Below are positions 59,256 to 64,000 of a DNA stretch of 64,000 bases, piece after piece; positions within the stretch are counted from its first letter, which is position 1, and each line of letters starts with the position of its first letter. The notes beneath the pieces are model-generated. The model was given only the letters and a program-made list of their open reading frames with translations. It was not told where the DNA came from and ran no database searches. The position numbers and the translations under genes were made by a program. The DNA is from Camelus ferus (lineage: Eukaryota), in the NCBI RefSeq assembly GCF_009834535.1, contig NC_045697.1:17114001-17178000 (forward strand). Direction: 5' to 3'.

Positions 59256-60497
59256 ATTAAATAAGATCACCTAGGTGGACAGAGAAGAGGAGGGGTCTAA
59301 AGAACATGCCCTCAGGGTGTCCCATGAAGAAAGAATCAACAAAGATGATGAAGAAGAAATTCTTTAATTTTCTTATCCATCAGAAAATCAGCTTTGATGT
59401 TTTGCTTTTCTCTCTGTCTTATATCTACAAATCCACCCACCAAAAAAAGGCAGGGAGCGGGGATGGAGTCTCATCTACTAAAAGAAATAAAGTTACAACT
59501 TACTGACCCACTATCAATACCTCTGCCTCTACTAGAACCTAACCAGTTGTATGAAGTGCAGTGATTTATTAAAGCATAAAGGAATTTGCTTTCCGAGAAG
59601 CTGTTAGTTTGTTTTCTGCTTCATCTCACAGTGAAAACTGTATATAACATTTGTCCAGGCATTTTATCATTAAAAGTCCCCTGAAAAAGAGAGGTTCCCA
59701 ATTTTAATCCATAATCAGAGCAAAACTCACATCAGACAAAAAATTAAAACAGTGACCAAAAAAAAAAAAAAAAAAATCAGAAAACCAGCAAGGTTCAGAA
59801 GCTTACTGAGACCAAAGGAAAAGAATATTTCAAGAAATTGAAATCCATTCCAGTGTGAGGCTTACAGAAGAATAAACTTTAGCAGGTGAGATGTAAAGTG
59901 AAGATTAGAGAGGATTAAAAATGGTGTTTGAAAACAAACAGCCAATGATAACACAACAAATAATATTAAATTCTTTGAGTACATCAGAAATAAGACTGCT
60001 GCAAAGGGATCAGTGAATTGGCTAGACAAGCAGTGCACAAAGGAGATATTCAAAAGGATAAGGAGATTGCAGGGAAACTAAATAATGTATTTGCATCAGT
60101 TTTCACACTGGAGGATAAGGCAATAGAGGAAAGGGAGGAAAAACCTTATTATGTGAAAGAGAGGCCCAGCTCGGATTGAGACATCAAAGAGAAGCATGAG
60201 TCAATGAAACAGTGAAAGAAGTTACTGCCACGTTCCAGCCAAAGCAGGAGGCATTCACCAGAGAATCCAGAAGCGCAGAATGCCTGTAATCTCTGATTCC
60301 TTATAGCTTTATCATTTGCCATTTAAGAGGTTTCATACTGTGATGAACTGGAAGGCAAGTTACATTATACACCAGTTGGAAGATATACTTGATTTCTATG
60401 GCAGAGTGATCTCCATACAGCAAAATATCCAGCCAGTATATTGCAACACAACTGGCTGGGTGATCAAAAGCCAAACAAGATTTTGTAGCTTTAATCC

Positions 60498-61220
60498 AGG
60501 CCAGATGAGAATGTATGGAAAGAGAAATTGTCATATACATCTAGTGGGAGAATAAACTGGTACCACCAGCTCTAGAGAACATTTGTAATACCTAATAAAA
60601 TTTTAAATGCACATTCCAAATGAAGCACCAAGTTCACTGTAAGGTGCAGATGCTAAAGAAACTCTGGGCGCAATTACAAGATTGCTCACTGCAAGATTAT
60701 TTCCATAGGTGAAAAGCTGGTAACAATATAAATGTTCATAAATGGAAGAGTGGATAAATAAAATACATTTAAACAGTGAAATACAAAAGGAAGTTTTCAA
60801 CTCCTAATTAACTAGATCTGTATGTGTTAACTGGCATAAGCTTCAAAATCATAACACTGAGTAAAAAAAAAAGCAAGTCTACAGAAGGATATAGAGTGAC
60901 AAAATTTATGTAAAAAATTTTAGATAACACCTAAAATCATAGAAAACATTTTTTATAGGTTTACACATATTTAAACAAAAGTGAAAAAACAAAACTAGTA
61001 AGACGTACAATGAATTCATAACATGGGATGCCTCTGGAAACATTGAGAGGGCCATGGAACTAGAGACAGATGAAATATTTCACTTTATCTATGAAGATCT
61101 ATTTCTTTAATTTAAAAAAAAAAGACACAAATGACAAAATATTAGCAATTATCAATTCTGGGTGGTGGTAATAGAATTTTGTTATAGTCCTTTCTGTTCT
61201 TCTTTTCTTTTTAATTTTCA
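60498..61220 (+). mobile_element. L1ME-type 3' region inserted in the CR1 fossil
   Basis: catatacatctagtgggagaataaactggtaccacc...aaaattttaaatgcacattcc...tggataaataaa...atgacaaaatattagcaattatcaattctgggtggtgg. Confidence 0.8.
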
Positions 61221-61500
61221 AGGGGAAAAATGAGTTCTGGCTATCACCTGGATAGAAAACTCAACTTTATTAAATTGCCCACTATTGAATGTACTGAGAG
61301 TTATTACTCACTCAAACTCAAAATTTGCCTTGGAGATGTAGAATGGAGGCAGTCTTTTCTGAGAACTTAGATCATGATAATACAGACAGCATCTCTTCAG
61401 TCCCTCAGTAGCCTGTTTTCTACCATTCAAGAACTCATGAAGAATAATCAACAGCTCGTATGGCATTCCATTTTTTTCCAGGAAAGTTTGACTCCATTTT

Positions 61501-61523
61501 TTATTTATTTATTTATTTATTTA

Positions 61524-61567
<44 letters not shown>

Positions 61568-61601
61568 TTTATTCTTAACATTTTTTATTGATTTATAATC
61601 A
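61501..61601 (-). mobile_element. Young, extremely 5'-truncated L1 tail with a (TAAA)n/(TAAG)n tail and perfect 14-bp TSD
   Basis: aacattttttattgatttataatc; TSD tttgactccatttt at 61487-61500 and 61602-61615. Confidence 0.85.
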
Positions 61602-61884
61602 TTTGACTCCATTTTAGAGAATAAACAACAGAGGCCTTGCATATTAAGGAAAGAAAAGAAATCAAAACAAACTAGAAATCAAAGGTCCAGACCCCTTTAT
61701 GTCAAAAAGACCCTCTTCCCACCACTATCTTAACATCTGGCAGTTCTCTCTTGGATTGAGTTTGTAGGGTCAAGCCCAGAGACCATAAACAGGTTACATC
61801 TCACCTGTAACCTGTGTGTAGCTCACCCGTGGTCACTCAGCTAGTTGGAGGGCACGTCGCCTTTAACCACGGCTGCTCACCGCT

Positions 61885-62045
61885 AGTCACTCGTTTATCC
61901 ATTCCTATACTGATTAACAAGCCTTTACTGAATTCTAGCTATGTTCCAACACTTTTCTAGGCACTGGGGATTCAGAAGTCACTCATTCAGTGGGTACTGA
62001 CTGAGCTCTCACTCGATGTCAAGAACGGAGCCAGGCCCTGGCATT
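61885..62045 (-). mobile_element. L2 3' end fragments
   Basis: tttactgaattctagctatgttccaacacttttctaggcactggggattcag. Confidence 0.7.
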
Positions 62046-62879
62046 CAGCAGGGAAGTACGGCCAGCATGGTGGTGTGAAATCGAATGTCCAAAAGTGCTG
62101 TGACTCCGTGATGGAAGTTTCTAGAGGGAACCCCCAAGGTGGAAGAGGTCCTACTTGCTTTGGGGACTAAAGTGGGGAAAGAGATGAAAGAATGGAGGTC
62201 CCAGAAGGCTTCATAGCAGAGGGGACTTTGAGAGGTCCCATTTTTGCAGGACTTAAGAGGAGACAAGGTACACCAAAAGGGCTATCCCTAAAAATCACGC
62301 AGCTGGGCTGGCTCTGTGGCATCCTATAGACAGAGAAGCCGGTTGTTTGGCTGGATTTTTCCCTTCAGAGCTGGCTGCCACACTCCACAGCCCCAGCCCC
62401 AGACGAGCATCCATCTTTACCCAAGCACAAGAAAAGAATAAATTCCACAGAAAGGCTTTTCAAAGCACCTACCAAGATGAACGTGCACTCTGGCCTGGTT
62501 TTTTGTTTGGGAAAATCGTGTGCTAAAAACAGCAGATAAAAAGGAATCTGTGGGCATAATTTATTTAGACTTTTTAAAGGCTGTGGAGACGGTCTCTCTC
62601 ATAGGAGGCTATTAAGGCCAGGCAGGCAGGTCGGTAACTACAGGGTGAAAGGTAAAGTTCTGTTGTGATTAAAGGCTTCTTAACTGAGAGGAAACAAAGA
62701 GCAGAAATAAATAGCCAGTTCTCCACATGGGAAGCTAAAAATAATGGGGTTGCTCAAAGATTAGTCCCAGGGCCAGTGTTGTGCTATCTATTTTTAATGA
62801 TTTGTCAAATGAAGTACAGTAAATAGCAAAATGCAGGTAGCTGGTGACCGGAGAGTGCATGTAGACTGGAGAAGGCCTT

Positions 62880-62990
62880 AGCCTGGCCCAGCCTGGGCAT
62901 CTTAGTACATCTCTCTGTGCCTCAATTTCTTTATCTGTGAAATGAGAGGACTACACAAGATATGGCCTAAGGGCTCTTAGACCTGTGAAA
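62880..62990 (+). mobile_element. MIR/MIR3 fragment
   Basis: ctctctgtgcctcaatttctttatctgtgaaatgagaggactacacaagat. Confidence 0.75.
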
Positions 62991-64000
62991 ATAGTTCAAA
63001 CCCCTCAACTTGAAGTTAAGGTAGAACCAGAAGGGAAAAAAGAGAAGTAACAAATTTGAGCAATCCATGATCCAAAGTAGCATCAGAAAAGGCAAAGGAA
63101 ATGTTTTCGCCCTGCTGTTTTTGTGTATCTTGACTGGTCCAGAATAAGTGATAACTTCCTCACAGAAGGCTACAAGCATCCCAGCAGACAGTTTCATGAG
63201 AACGCCTCCTCCTAGCCTGGCATCATCAAAAGTGCCAATAAACCATGTGCAGCATCTTTTTAAAAGCATCGAACAATACACAGAAAGTATTATTAGGCTA
63301 TGGCCTAAGCCCAGCTTTATGTGCTATCTTTGTCTCTGTTATTGTCAGAATAGTCTTTACTAAATCAAACACCAAATACTGATTAAACTGAGGATGTGTA
63401 ATCTGGGGAGCCCCTGAATTCCTTCTCTCCAGAAACTGCAATCGGGTTGATGAATTTGCAAACACAAAAGAGATAACTAAGGATCGCTGGCCGTGCCACA
63501 TTAAGAACCCAGCCAATAAAGTGCCAGACAAGGTAGGATCTGAGCATCACCTTCAAGGGTAAATACTATTTCCGTGGATGGAGAGGAACAGGGAGATCAT
63601 TCCAGACTGGGAAAAAAAAAATTAATCCAGAGCAGAGAAGTAAAAAAAGGAGATCAGAAATGAAGTCATTCACTTGAGAAAAGACCTAGTTTGTCCTGAG
63701 ATGAGAGTTACTTCATTGTGAAAACAGAGAAGTGTCAGGAAAGATAAAAAGTACGAATGAAGAAATTAATAAGTGAGGCTTCATGAATATGCCAGATGGA
63801 TACTCTCAGTTACCTTGTGCCACAACGCAAGACCAAGGAAATACTCCATGAAATTAAAGAGAAAAAAAATATTAATGGGTTGAGGGAGTGCTTTTAACAT
63901 AACACAATTAGCTTTGGGGATTCACTGCTGTAGATACTCTTTTCCCAAGAAGCTCAGTGAGCTTTATTTTTAATAGAACTGTATGTTTATACCAGTAACA

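Larger units (their letters stand above)
59700..63990 (+). mobile_element. Ancient CR1-clade LINE ORF2 fossil, interrupted (linker, RT and C-terminus)
   Basis: Colinear peptides KFFEYIRNK, DKEIAGKLNNVFASVFTLED, GGIHQRI, DKKESVGIIYLDFLKAVETV, IKGFLTERKQRAEINSQFSTW..GVAQ..PGPVL, KSIEQYTESII, HNARPRKYSMKL; many stops and frameshifts. Confidence 0.85.

Noticed and set aside
2389..60100. Several octamer ATGCAAAT/ATTTGCAT sites
   Set aside because: Scattered, AT-rich 8-mers with no clustering; cannot be distinguished from chance without a statistical test.
1..64000. The supplied ORFs (60-143 aa) as protein-coding genes
   Set aside because: All are short and overlap in several frames, many lie in repeats, and none shows a recognisable host protein domain; consistent with chance ORFs in mammalian DNA.
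1..64000. CRISPR array, operon or prokaryotic defence system
   Set aside because: No regularly spaced repeat-spacer units or gene-dense architecture; the sequence is clearly mammalian.
1..64000. Naming the host gene
   Set aside because: No exon of any recognisable gene is present, so any symbol would be a guess.

Overview
Mammalian non-coding genomic DNA, most likely camelid (Camelus/Vicugna/Lama). The taxon call rests on two tRNA-Ala-derived vic-1-type SINEs and a young L1 tail resembling the camelid L1 3' end, recognised from memory rather than by search. I see no credible protein-coding exon, functional RNA gene, CRISPR array or prokaryote-type system; the ORF track looks like chance ORFs plus ORFs built from repeats. 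The window is a mosaic of old repeats (many MIR and L2, L1M/L1ME, MLT1 and ERV1 LTRs, hAT and Tigger MITEs, microsatellites). Between them lie repeat-free, AT-rich, homeodomain-motif-dense blocks that look like conserved developmental enhancers. The strand bias of L1 and LTR copies weakly suggests a long intron of a minus-strand gene that I cannot name. The most notable observations are: (i) a ~4.3 kb interrupted but colinear CR1 LINE ORF2 fossil with readable reverse-transcriptase motifs (59700-63990); (ii) a MER53 palindrome carrying miR-1302-like arms; (iii) a small CpG-retaining patch with a perfect CRE; (iv) two structurally unusual ERV1 LTRs; and (v) a microsatellite derived from a young L1 poly(A) tail between perfect target-site duplications. 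Repeat boundaries are by eye and approximate unless a TSD or TIR is quoted.
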